64,000 nt of DNA from Nitrospirota bacterium. GTDB taxonomy: Bacteria > Nitrospirota > Nitrospiria > Nitrospirales > Nitrospiraceae. The notes under the pieces were generated by a model. That model saw only the letters and a list, made by a program, of their open reading frames with translations, had not been told where the DNA came from and ran no database searches. Shown piece by piece: positions 1 through 9,779 of this stretch; the stretch's first letter is position 1, and every line of letters starts with the position of its first letter. The stretch lies in NCBI GenBank assembly GCA_963701855.1, contig CAVPBK010000011.1, positions 192,001 through 256,000 of the forward strand. The letters run 5' to 3'. A program made the position numbers and the translations under genes.

Positions 1-441
1 TTGGCAGACTCTGATCTGGAGGCGGCGGTTCTCCTTGACGCGTAACTCCACTGGCAATAGATCCATCACACGTTGCTGAATACGGCCGGACACCTCCACC
101 GCAGAGTCTTGCCCCAGAACTGTTAAGACCCCTCCGACCATGCGACCCTCGACATACCAGCCGATATAGTCCGTCTCCCGAAGAGTACGGAGCAAGGCCT
201 TCACCACTGTATCGGCCACGTCGCGATCCATTTGCACAATCAATCCCTGTTTGTCGGTGGAATAGATGAGAAGGATACTGAAAGAACGCCCTGACCGGTC
301 CGAGCGCTTAGGTTCGCTGAATAACAGGCCCCGAAAGGCTTGTTCGTTATACAGCCTGGTCTGTGAGAAGCGCGTTATCCCATTGAGCCACCCACTCAGG
401 CCTGTTCGAGGAAAGCATTGCATTGAAAAATCGTTGGGCAT
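1..441 (-). CDS. Partial (runs off left edge) protein with degenerate GGDEF-like domain, of the kind found in EPS loci
   Basis: Manual translation from ATG at 441: MPNDFSMQCFP...LYNEQAFRGLLFSEPKRSDRSGRSFSILLIY...LRETDYIGWY..., open to base 1. Resembles the GGDEF fold N-terminus without a GG(D/E)EF motif. Confidence 0.6.
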   Translation of the reverse strand, partial: MPNDFSMQCFPRTGLSGWLNGITRFSQTRLYNEQAFRGLLFSEPKRSDRSGRSFSILLIYSTDKQGLIVQMDRDVADTVVKALLRTLRETDYIGWYVEGRMVGGVLTVLGQDSAVEVSGRIQQRVMDLLPVELRVKENRRLQIRVCQ

Positions 442-586
442 TTGGTCCCGCCCCCAACAAGTTGAAACGAAAGAAGAGTTTTCCCACCATTGGCTTGTCC
501 CCAAACTCGATCAATACCGCTAACGTAGGGACACCCCCTACTTTAGCGGTATTGTGCAGACCTCTTGATTCATGCGCAGCGTGTCG

Positions 587-630
587 ATGAAAAAGAGCAG
601 GATTTCGGAGGAACAGATTGCCACGGCGAA
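587..630 (+). pseudogene. IS3-family orfA N-terminal fragment
   Basis: MKKSRISEEQIA matches the typical IS3/IS407 OrfA start (MKKSRFxEEQI); similarity is lost afterwards. Confidence 0.4.
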
Positions 631-759
631 AACGACGGCCGAGGAGCTGCAGCGTGCCTTGTCCCTGGTGAAGAATTCCCGTCTTGTGTTGGAGACGGTG
701 CTGAACAAGGATGGGCAAATGGCCAGAGCTTCTGCTAGCATGCGAAAGCCACTCTCTCA

Positions 760-962
760 CTAGGAGTCTGCGGAAAAACTATTATGGTAAACATTTAATG
801 GTCCCCATATCTAGGACAACAGGATAACACCGTGCAGGATGCTCAAAAAGGCCGTTCAGCAAGGCCGCAGCGAGTGAAGGTCCGAGTCGTACCCTCTGTG
901 GTACGTTGAGGGTCTGAACGATGCGAGAACGACGCTGGCGGACTTTTTCAGCATCCTGCTAG
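760..962 (+). mobile_element. MITE-like element, family 1 (GTAC-hairpin core variant)
   Basis: CTAG at both ends (760-763, 959-962); outer TIR GAGTCTGCGGAAAAACT; 53-nt spacer; inner GCAGGATGCTCAAAAAG (834-850); terminal CTTTTTCAGCATCCTG. Homologous to copies at 23910, 27624 and 37953. Confidence 0.8.
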
Positions 963-997
963 ATTCCCGATGCCTCCTGTCGGAAGACACACGCTGA

Positions 998-2453
998 ATG
1001 TACGAGTCATTTTACAATCTTCGGACTAAACCCTTCGCGCTCCTGCCGGATAGCGACTTCTTGTATCCTGGTTCTGCACATCGTGCGGCCTACAGCATCT
1101 TGGAATTCGGCCTTCTCAACGAGGCGCCGTTTATGGTGCTCACCGGCGATCCAGGGATGGGCAAGACGTCGCTCCTCCAGAAGCTGATTGCAGAGCACGG
1201 GGCGAAGCATTCGATCGGTCTCGTCACAAACGCGCGCTACGACATTGACCATCTCCTGCCCTGGATTCTGCTTTCCCTCGGGTTGAGCAAGAAAGCAACT
1301 GGACCCGGTTGAGGCCTATCACCTCTTCTCGGAGTTTCTGCTTCAGGAGTCCAAACAGTACCGACGGGTCATTCTGATTATCGATGAAGCCCAGAGTCTT
1401 GGCGCCGAACTGCTCGAAGAACTGCGGCTGCTGTCCAATTTGAACGACGGGAAAACGTTGAAGCTGCAGATCATCCTGTCCGGCCAGCCGGACCTCCACA
1501 CATTACTGCAGCGGATCGACATGACCCAGTTTGCCCAACGGATCGTCGTCGACTATCACTTGGAACCGCTCCCGGAGGCGGAGACGGGGCATTACATTCG
1601 TCACCGGTTAAAGATTGCCGGCGGACATCCGTCATTGTTTACGAATAAAGCCTGTGCGTTGGTGCATCGTTTGACGAGAGGCAATCCGCGTCTCATCAAT
1701 CAGATGTGCGATAGTGCGTTGACCTATGGCTTTGCCGAGCAAGCGAGGGTGATCTCCTCCAAGATGGTCGCTCAGGCCGCGTTCGACCGAAGTAAAGGCG
1801 GGATTCTGCCGCTTGCGGCACGAGAGGAACTGGGTGCTTTAGCCAGCGCTCCGGAAGATACCACCGAGATCGATGCTGTCCCTCCGCAACCCAGCTCACC
1901 GCAGCAGAGGCCGGAAAGTTCATCTCAGGAATCCAGCTCACCCCAGTCGAGGCCGGCAAGCCGATCTCCGGAACTCACAGCCACGCGTTCGGTCGACACG
2001 CCCGACTCCCTCTATACAAAGGGAGTCGCGATGAGGAAGGAAGGCCGTTTGAGAGACGCGATTGATACGCTCGAACTGGCGGGGAAGAGTCCGTCCTATG
2101 TGCTGAAAGCCCAGGGGCAGATTGGACTCTGCCACATGGCGATGGGAGATCATGGGACCGCGATTCAGGCGTTCCGCACTGCCTTGAGCGATCAGTCGGC
2201 ATCTCGGAAAGATGTGATCGATGTCCAGTATTTTCTCGCACGGACCCTCGAATCGGTCGGGCAGATAGCAGAAGCGGCAACCCTCTATCACCGTATCGCT
2301 CAAATGAATCCGCGTTTTAAAGATGCGGCTCATCGAGCCAAGGAGTGTTCTTCGAAGTCGAAACATCCAACCAATGGCAACCGGGCGAGCAACGGGTCTT
2401 GGTTTGGCCATGCCATCGAGAGTTTCAACAAGCTTATCGGCAGTCTCAAGTAG
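998..2453 (+). CDS. ExeA/GspA-like AAA ATPase with C-terminal TPR domain; frameshift near 1291
   Basis: MYESFYNLRTKPF start and Walker A GDPGMGKT. Removing one A in AAGAAAGC restores ...KQLDPVEAYHLF...LIIDEAQ (Walker B), which joins ORF 1440..2453 (LSGQP, GNPRLINQMCD, TPR-like C-terminus). Confidence 0.85.
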
Positions 2454-2485
2454 AGGAATGGCAGTTCCTGTCCATCAACCTTATT

Positions 2486-2720
2486 GGAAGGTTAAGGCTC
2501 ATCCTCATGTGGTGTGAGGTGAGAGGCTTGAGGAACGAGGGCTTGAAGCAAGAACATGCCACGGTTTCCACCCTCGAACCTCCAACCTCCAACCTTCTTC
2601 CCCGCTCAACCTCGACCTCAGCCTTCTTCAGATGTTGCGGCCTTGCATGGGATAAGGCGCGTCCAGAAGCTCGAAGTTCAGGGTTCGAAGTTCCAAAAAC
2701 CTCGAACTTCGGAGTCGGAA
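2486..2720. repeat. Short-tandem-repeat hairpin region (6/7-mers) with partial MITE junction
   Basis: Purine arm GAGGTGAGAGGCTTGAGG, then pyrimidine arm CCTCGAACCTCCAACCTCCAACC...CTCAACCTCGACCTCAGCC, then GCGGCCTTGC (MITE core junction) and CGAAGTTCAGGGTTCGAAG, which is shared with 39935-39975. Confidence 0.65.
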
Positions 2721-2739
2721 CCGCAAGCTCAAGCAACTC

Positions 2740-2920
2740 GTGACGGACCTGATGCTATACAAGATCAGCTTACAGGAGGAACGTTTGCAAAAAGGGCCTG
2801 ACTCCCACGCGCAACCGTGCGCTGGTGCAGACCGTCACCGGTCACTTCCCGATCAGCGTGCGGCGAGCGTGTGGGTCTCCTGAGATTGAATCCGGCGTCA
2901 TGGTATTACCGGCGCCACAG
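2740..2920 (+). pseudogene. IS3-family orfA-end/orfB-start fragment
   Basis: Reads ...DLMLYK.SLQE, then a CAAAAAG slippage-like tract, then LTPTRNRALVQTVTGHFPISVRRACG/LLRLNPASWYYR, typical of the IS3 OrfB N-terminus (S.RRAC..L....YY). Confidence 0.65.
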
Positions 2921-2950
2921 ACTAGACCTAACTTACGGTCTTGGGACAGA

Positions 2951-4546
2951 TCATCGAACATCAAGACCCATCGGTCGAGTAGGCTTTGTCGTGTTACGAG
3001 TGTTACTCTGCACAGACTGCAACGGATGCGGATAGGTGTAGGGCGTATACGCAAGCATCCATCGAAGCGCGGGATTGCCATTCGCGCAATCGGTCCCTTT
3101 GTAGAGTACGCCTGAGCCGTGCCCGTCTCCACTGACATTCCAACTCCCTTGATCCGTGGCCCAATACGCCACCCCATTAGTACAGGTAGCGGGTCGTGCC
3201 GCCAGCGTGCCTCTGCCCGTTCCAGCTGTCCCGTTAAAACTCGGCACTTCCATGTAGAAGTCTCGATTGTTGAGGATTTGGAAGGTGCGCAATCGCTTGT
3301 TATCCCAATTCCCTTCTGGTCGTGCAGTGACAATGTCGATGTCCGAAATCGTCGGGGGCGAGCCCTTAAAGATGTTCCCCCAGGAGTACCCTGGCATCAA
3401 AACCTGAGAGTCCACGGACGTTGTCGTGAGGGTGGGCCAATCTTTTGCCGGATCAGTTGAGGGGCCACGTCCGACTTGATCACGGCAAGGGTAACCCTTG
3501 TGTCCTGGGGTGTTTCCGTCACGGTAGTTATCGCCGCCACAGATGCCCTTGTCCCCGACGTAAGCGGTGCCTTGTGGATCACTTCGATAACTCGTCAGCA
3601 CCATGTGCGCGGAGTAACTGTTGCCAGCAGAGGAAATGTTATTTTCCCAGATGTAATGGTGCCCACCACGCGTCTGAAACCATACCGGAATGGTGCCATT
3701 AGGATTGGCGATATTGGACATCGTGTTGCGATAGACTTCCTGCCGGAGCGTAGCTCGCATCGCACTATCAAACCCATGCCCACCCATATTGGTGTTCTTG
3801 ACGGTGTTGTAACGAAACACCAGCCGTGCGCCATCGTAAGCATCATAGGCCCCGTTATAGGCTTGGTCATAATCAAAATGATTGTCTTCGACGTAGGTCG
3901 CCTTCTCGTCTCCTGGCGTCATTGAATGTTCCCAACTTTGACTGCCACGGACCACTTCTCCCGGTTCGTCACCATGGGGGTTTACACCTCCATTCAGCGA
4001 TTTGAAGTAGTTATGGTCGATAAGCTGAGTGCCGGTAATATTCGTGCCATTATAGGACTGAACGACGACGCCATGAATCGGCCCTGCTGGGTTATCCTCC
4101 GTCAAGGAGTTATGATCGAGTCGACAATCGTTGCACTGCATCCGCACCTGCGGCCCGGAGTCCACGAGGTTCCGAGGATCTTTGAAACTGATCCCTGAGA
4201 CACGCGCATTCGGACCCGTAACATAGAGCAGATCTTCACCAGCGAGCGCAGTGGTGCCATCATTAATGATCGTGCCATCCACACAGGTGACGGGCGCGCC
4301 CATGCAACTCGTGGTTCCAAGCAGCGTGACGCCCTTATTGAGCGTGACGGACGGGGTGAGCGCGGTGGTGGTCGTCCAGGTCTGCGTGCCCGCAGGCAGA
4401 CAGATGGTATCGCCAGCGGTAGCATTATTAACCGCCTTCTGTATCGTGTTTTGCGAGAGATTGGCGGTCGTCGTGGTGCATGTAGCCCAGGATGGCACGG
4501 CAAAAAAGAGTAGCGCCAAAACAAGAGCTACTATCCGCATTTTCAT
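2951..4546 (-). CDS. Secreted right-handed beta-helix (pectin-lyase-like) protein
   Basis: Sec signal ending VPSWA; IQKAVNNATAGDTICLPAGT cap motif; N/G-rich repeats (IDHNYF, VEDNHF, FRYNTV, VYRNTM, IWENNI); AAGGAG RBS. Confidence 0.7.
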   Translation of the reverse strand: MKMRIVALVLALLFFAVPSWATCTTTTANLSQNTIQKAVNNATAGDTICLPAGTQTWTTTTALTPSVTLNKGVTLLGTTSCMGAPVTCVDGTIINDGTTALAGEDLLYVTGPNARVSGISFKDPRNLVDSGPQVRMQCNDCRLDHNSLTEDNPAGPIHGVVVQSYNGTNITGTQLIDHNYFKSLNGGVNPHGDEPGEVVRGSQSWEHSMTPGDEKATYVEDNHFDYDQAYNGAYDAYDGARLVFRYNTVKNTNMGGHGFDSAMRATLRQEVYRNTMSNIANPNGTIPVWFQTRGGHHYIWENNISSAGNSYSAHMVLTSYRSDPQGTAYVGDKGICGGDNYRDGNTPGHKGYPCRDQVGRGPSTDPAKDWPTLTTTSVDSQVLMPGYSWGNIFKGSPPTISDIDIVTARPEGNWDNKRLRTFQILNNRDFYMEVPSFNGTAGTGRGTLAARPATCTNGVAYWATDQGSWNVSGDGHGSGVLYKGTDCANGNPALRWMLAYTPYTYPHPLQSVQSNTRNTTKPTRPMGLDVR

Positions 4547-4739
4547 CTCCTTTTGATTGTGAAAAAGTGGGCAGCAGGGCTATGCCTACCCCGATTAGAC
4601 CGGCACGTTCGTCCACTCCCTGTGCGCCACGTGCAATGCGGCCACTTTCGAGACCTTTCTGAAGACGCTGCTGCGGCATCTTGCCCACGGCACGCGCATG
4701 GTGCTGGTCTGGACAATGCCCGGTAGCACCACGCGATCC

Positions 4740-4903
4740 CGCTCAAGCCGAGTCCCGCATCTTTTCGCTTCCAGGTAAAAACGTTTGCGCCCTGATCCCC
4801 ACGTCTATGACAGATCGTCCGCGACGGTCGTCCCGCCCTCTGGAACTTGCCCCGCAAGGCGGCCAGAATCTGCTCCTCCCCATAGCCTCGTACGACGTGC
4901 CAT
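4740..4903 (-). pseudogene. Degenerate IS3-family orfA (HTH transposase) remnant
   Basis: GGAGG RBS and ATG at 4903; fragments GYGEEQILAALR...IC...FTWKRKDAGLGLS match OrfA, with several indels. Confidence 0.7.
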
Positions 4904-5071
4904 GGTCGGGTCCTCCTTCTGGCGTGAAGAAGACCAATGCGCGCACGGCCCTTCCTCAGGCACCACTTAAGGCCTAGTTTAGTATTCGTATGCTCCAAGA
5001 TCAGATAAGGGATGACCTGCCCTCTGTAGTTTTACCAGGGTCAATTGAGTCAGGCGTATTAATATGTGTCG

Positions 5072-5755
5072 CTAAGATTTCCCGTCTGACTTTTTGAGAA
5101 TACAAACGAGGTCTCCTCCTATACCAAACACCTTGCTCAAAATCATGTTTGCCGTAGTGATAACTGTGTTAAAAGCATACCTCCGAAGAAGACATGTGTC
5201 GATCTTGATCGAAAAAAACAATTTAGCATTCGGGTATCTAACAAAGTGTTTCTTGAGGTCTTCCCACGAATGGTATCGCCAGGACTCACTTCTTTTTGTA
5301 GAGAAATTTGAGTTGTACAAGAAGATTAACACACCCGATGGGCGAATATGCCTCAACAGATTATTAGTCACTTCATCATTTTCTGGAAAATCAGATCTAT
5401 TGTACAGAGAACATGACCGGACAAAAACGCAATCAAACTGCTCTGGGAATACGGCAGTCTCAATATCGGCTACGGCAAAGTTAATTCCCAGGTGCCCGTA
5501 CATATTTTCGGCCATACGGATTCCTACATCCGATATATCGATCCCATAGACCTTCATTCCATGTTTTCTAAAAAGACAAGAGAAGAAGCCTTGAGCACAG
5601 CCAACATCCAAAACAAGTGAGCCTTCCTTCAAGCCACATGCATGAATTAAACTAGAAACATATTGGTTATAGATCCATTTGTTATAACCAAAATAATTCT
5701 GCTTTTGATATTGGGAGTTGTAGTGAGCAGCTTTGTCCATTAGAAATGGCCCCAT
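5072..5755 (-). CDS. Class I SAM-dependent methyltransferase
   Basis: VLDVGCAQG motif I, YGIDIS, FDCVF, IRPSGVL; visibly AT-rich. Confidence 0.85.
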   Translation of the reverse strand: MGPFLMDKAAHYNSQYQKQNYFGYNKWIYNQYVSSLIHACGLKEGSLVLDVGCAQGFFSCLFRKHGMKVYGIDISDVGIRMAENMYGHLGINFAVADIETAVFPEQFDCVFVRSCSLYNRSDFPENDEVTNNLLRHIRPSGVLIFLYNSNFSTKRSESWRYHSWEDLKKHFVRYPNAKLFFSIKIDTCLLRRYAFNTVITTANMILSKVFGIGGDLVCILKKSDGKS

Positions 5756-5865
5756 TCGTTTAATCAGCAGCCCGAGTTTCTTAAGAGGAGTCCCTACTGA
5801 TGCTCACGCTGCCAGTTTACCCGTCGGCAGCATCACGCCATACGCCTCATCAGGTGTTTGCTTGT

Positions 5866-6084
5866 CTAGCAGGCTGCGGGAAAACCCGGGATGAATGAGA
5901 CCGATGCACCCCCAAACCCACTCACACGAGCCGTCGATGCCCCTTGGTGAGGAGAATGTTCTCGACCTTGGTCATCCTTTACGGATTTGTCCACAACTCT
6001 CCTGTAATGGTCATAGGCGGCTGATGCTTTCAGCCGGTGGTAGAGACCGAGATGCTTAAGGCAGGCCCGCCTCAAGGCCCTCAT
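5866..6084 (-). pseudogene. Truncated paralogue of the FkbM methyltransferase N-terminus, ending in an orphan MITE TIR
   Basis: LKHLGLYHRLKASAAYDHYRRVVDK aligns with LKRVGLYNRLKASCLYDLYWRFADK of the 14336 gene; the stop lies in CTAGCAGGCTGCGGGAAAAC (5866-5886). Confidence 0.7.
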
Positions 6085-6845
6085 CGCTTGTGTAACATTC
6101 CCGCCTCCAGCAATTTAGCTGACTCTGCTAAACTCGGAACGCGAATCACTCCGATACCGAATCCGTCCTGCTGCCGATCCTCAACCAATTCAATTACCTC
6201 GTAGTCCTCTCGGATCTCTGTCCAGAAGCGCGGCACCTCTCCGCCCAACCCCTCGGAATGAGGGAGGATGTCGTGGAATGCGACGAGCCCGCCCGGCCGG
6301 ACCATTGGCCCGTAGTCCAGGAAGTCGCGCCGCACCCCCTCATAGGAGTGGTCGCCATCGATGAAGAGGAAATCGATGGGTGTGCCCGCGAGGATCGCGA
6401 GGACCTCGTGCCGTGTCTCGGCCAGATGGGAATCCTGCCGCACAAAGTGTAGCGCTTGCCTCCCACGCCGGAAGCTCTGGAAGAGGTCGCGCTTCAATGC
6501 CTCCTCCGGATCGTCCAGCGCCCACGACGGCGGAAGATCCACGCTGATCAGTGTGGCCTCGTCCCCCACCAACCGCGTCCAGAGATAGAAGGTGCCACCT
6601 CTCGACGTGCCGATTTCGAGGACGCGTTCGGGGCGTAGCTCGCGTACCAAGTTGGCCAGCGACCGGATTTCCGACCGCTGCTGCGTCATGCCGATGTCGT
6701 AAGCTTCGAGCAGCATTCGCTCTTCCGGCGACGCGAGAGCACGCGCGAACGCGCGCTTGAGCCTGCGCGCGCCCGGCACGCTGGCGAGCGGCTCGCGCGC
6801 AAGTTTCAGCAATCTCTGCGCCTCGCCAACTATCGAGTGGTTCAT
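6081..6845 (-). CDS. Class I SAM-dependent methyltransferase (Methyltransf_24/CmcI-like)
   Basis: VLEIGTSRGGT, IDFLFIDGDHSYEGV, RPGGLVAFHD; visibly GC-rich. Confidence 0.85.
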   Translation of the reverse strand: MNHSIVGEAQRLLKLAREPLASVPGARRLKRAFARALASPEERMLLEAYDIGMTQQRSEIRSLANLVRELRPERVLEIGTSRGGTFYLWTRLVGDEATLISVDLPPSWALDDPEEALKRDLFQSFRRGRQALHFVRQDSHLAETRHEVLAILAGTPIDFLFIDGDHSYEGVRRDFLDYGPMVRPGGLVAFHDILPHSEGLGGEVPRFWTEIREDYEVIELVEDRQQDGFGIGVIRVPSLAESAKLLEAGMLHKR

Positions 6846-6910
6846 GTCCTAAATCTCCTTTATCCAAACCTCTAAGGTATGATCCGCGATGCCTAGATCA
6901 GGTTCTGATT

Positions 6911-8465
6911 TTACTGCTCGGCAGGAATCGCCGAATGGCTTTTCATCCAATCTCGTGCGACCTCAAAGACATTAAGCGCGGCGCGGCGCGACGGAGGATA
7001 CAGGCATACAACAGCAGTTCCTGCGAGAAGACCAGCGGGAACGCAAAGGTACAACTGTGTCAATGGAGTAGAGTTCTCGACTGATGCTCTGATCAGCCAT
7101 GTCGTGGCACAGACGACTCCCCACAGCGGCAAATGTTTGAAAAACAACGTCCATAGATCTCTCGCTGTGACCAGACCCGCTCTGCCTGCAATCCAATAAA
7201 CAACCGGCAACTGGATCAGGAGACACGAGAGAGAAAAGCTGACAGCTACACCGACCGGCCCGAAGCGTAAACCCAGTAGGTAAGACACGACTGTCACCGA
7301 AGAGGTACAGCAGCTCATAAGCAGAAAATCTTTGCCACGACCCTGGCTGGTGAGCAACCACCCCGCGACCATAACCATCGGGAGATAGAGCGCATACAAT
7401 GTAAAGGCGGCAAAAATCGGCGCGGCGGCTTCCCATTTCGGCCCCAATACCACGAGGGTCAAGGGCTGCGCCAACGCCAGCAACATTCCAGAAAAGGGAA
7501 GACTGAATAGCGCGAGAAGATCATAGACCTGGAAAACGACCCGACGGTAGCGTTCTGGTTCACCTTGCAATCGAGATAATGTCGGTACGAAAATCGCTTC
7601 AAGGGGTGCAAGAGCCTGCTCCAACGGCCGGTTTAGCAAGGTTGCCGCCCTCGAGTAGAGACCTAGAGCCTCCGCTCCGAACCACCTACCAATCAAAAGG
7701 CCGTCTAACCCTCTGGCGAGAGACCACAATAAACCGCTTGCAGTGAGGTTGGCGCCAAAGCTCAGCAAGGACCTTGTCCCACTATGCCTCGCGGGAAACT
7801 GGGGACGCCAGCTACAGGCCGACCATGTCATCAGGAGTGCGACTACCGGTGTGGATAGTTGCATTCCGACCAGACTCCAGTAACCAAAATCGAGCCAAGC
7901 CATGGCTATACCGACGGAAACCCCGGTCGCAGCCGAGCCGATCTGAATAAGCCCGACCGCTTTGAAACGCATCTGGCGTTTGAGCAGCGCCAGGTGCTGA
8001 ACTGTTAAACTTGTCAAGATGAAAGTCACGGAGAGTGCCAGCGTGACGGCAACCAGCCGTGGCTCCCGGTAGAACCAGGCAACCGCCAGGCCCAGAGAAC
8101 GCAAGGGCCAGAGTGATCATTCCCCCCAGCGCGACGTTAGTCCAGAAAAGGTTGGATACTTGTGCGTGCGTTATTTCCTCTTTTTGGACCGTGGCCGTAG
8201 AAAGGCCGGCTTCATTGAACACTCGAAAGAAGCCCATGACCGAGAAGACCATTGCCAGGAGTCCAAAATCCTGTGGAGTAAGCAGACGAGCCAGCACTAT
8301 CACCGATCCCAGATTCAGCATGAGCTGCGAGGCTTGGAGCAGGCTCGTGACGATGCCGCTTGAGACCGTGCGTGTTTTGAGACCTTTCAGTAGGTGAGCG
8401 GTCGCAAAGTGTATGTCGGAATGGGCGCCGGCCATAGGACTCTTCTGCGTGGAGGGAGTCGTCAA
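6911..8465 (-). CDS. wzx: Wzx flippase (WzxC-like); frameshift near 8095
   Basis: ORF 7812..8465 (VLARLLTPQDFGL) and ORF 6911..8104 (multi-TM, LSFGANL, LGLYSRA) are two halves of one flippase; the span is 3n+1. Confidence 0.85.
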
Positions 8466-8589
8466 CGAAGAAAGCTGATCGTCAATGAAGGCTGCAGCTT
8501 TGCCCCGTCCTTTACAAGCCTATTCGTATCAATTCAAACTCCCGGCTTGTGAAGTGGGTGTAACCGCTATACGGTCGAACGGTAACTCC

Positions 8590-9591
8590 TCAGGATAGTT
8601 TTGACATTAACTTATCCCAGTTTCTCGAAGCCCAAACTTTTGAGTTCCCGACTATAGTTTGGGACCTCTTCGCCATTCGCCAGCCCAAATATGATCTAAT
8701 CGCGTCGTACTTCCCTCCCAAGGGCGCTTCGGACAAGGTTTCGCCAAGCTCTTCCGCCACGGCATACATTCGCTGAACCAATTCCTGATGCTCAGGATAG
8801 AAGTAAATGAGTCGATTGCGAAGAAAGGTGACGCAGGCAGATCTGCTCCTTTCGCTATCCTCCAGCGATCGAAAATGTTGAATACACCGAAACGTTGATT
8901 CAAGGAATGCCTCCAAGGCGTCAATTGACCGTGCCTTGTTATAGCTAAAGCTGGCATAATTACCGACGCGCCAATAGGACCTTGCCGTAGAAACGAAGTG
9001 AATCCGTTCCGAAGAAGCAACCACCCTGCAAAAATATTCTCCATCGTCATCGGGTGTCCGAAGCTCCCACCAGTGACCAGCCAGCTCAGTAAGCTTCCTG
9101 CTCACCAGCCAACAAGTAGTATGCAACCATGTGTCTTCCTCAAATTTTAGGTAAAAGTAATCAAGCGGGGCCAGATCTCGCCACAGAGGGCCAGGAAGTA
9201 TCCTGGCTTTTTCCGGACGGAAGTAGAACCTGCCAAAACTCCCCGTCAGCAATACGCGATCACTCCCGATGGATTCAAGATGCCGCACCTGCTCAGATAT
9301 TTTATTATGAGCCAATAGGTCATCGTGATCGAGCCATTGGATGTAATCGCCCTGCGCTTGGGCCAAAGCCACATTTCTCGCAGCGGGCCCGCCCGCGTTT
9401 GGCTGATCGATTATCTTAATATTTTTTTCTTCGAACGCTTTCGCCATTTCCAGAGTACGGTCGGTGGAGCCATCGTTGACGAGGATGATTTCCGTTCTGC
9501 CGTAGTCCTGGTTGACGGCGGATTCCAAAGTAGCCTTGATCCATTTTTCGGCATTATAGGCAGGGATGAGTATCGATACGAGAGGTTGCAC
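8590..9591 (-). CDS. Glycosyltransferase family 2
   Basis: VSILIPAYN, VNDGSTD, NAGGPAARN, WLDHDD. Confidence 0.9.
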   Translation of the reverse strand: MQPLVSILIPAYNAEKWIKATLESAVNQDYGRTEIILVNDGSTDRTLEMAKAFEEKNIKIIDQPNAGGPAARNVALAQAQGDYIQWLDHDDLLAHNKISEQVRHLESIGSDRVLLTGSFGRFYFRPEKARILPGPLWRDLAPLDYFYLKFEEDTWLHTTCWLVSRKLTELAGHWWELRTPDDDGEYFCRVVASSERIHFVSTARSYWRVGNYASFSYNKARSIDALEAFLESTFRCIQHFRSLEDSERSRSACVTFLRNRLIYFYPEHQELVQRMYAVAEELGETLSEAPLGGKYDAIRSYLGWRMAKRSQTIVGNSKVWASRNWDKLMSKLS

Positions 9592-9779
9592 AAAGTCCTG
9601 TGGTTTATTAAATGTTGGCTGCGAATTTCGACTCGTAACAATGACCCGACAATTTCTAGCTAATGAAGAAACGCCGCACGAGGATGCTTAGTGTACGCTC
9701 CACACAAAGAGCACCTTGATCTATTCTGAAACGCGTGTGCGCATATCACAAGGGGGGCCGTCGGGCTCCCACAGCAGCG

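Noticed and set aside
1285..1300. Programmed ribosomal frameshift in the exeA-like gene
   Set aside because: No canonical slippery heptamer, and the same +1 pattern recurs in many unrelated genes, which points to indel error or decay.
1891..1960. 42-bp-period duplication in the ExeA-like linker
   Set aside because: An in-frame low-complexity P/S/Q linker duplication; ordinary.
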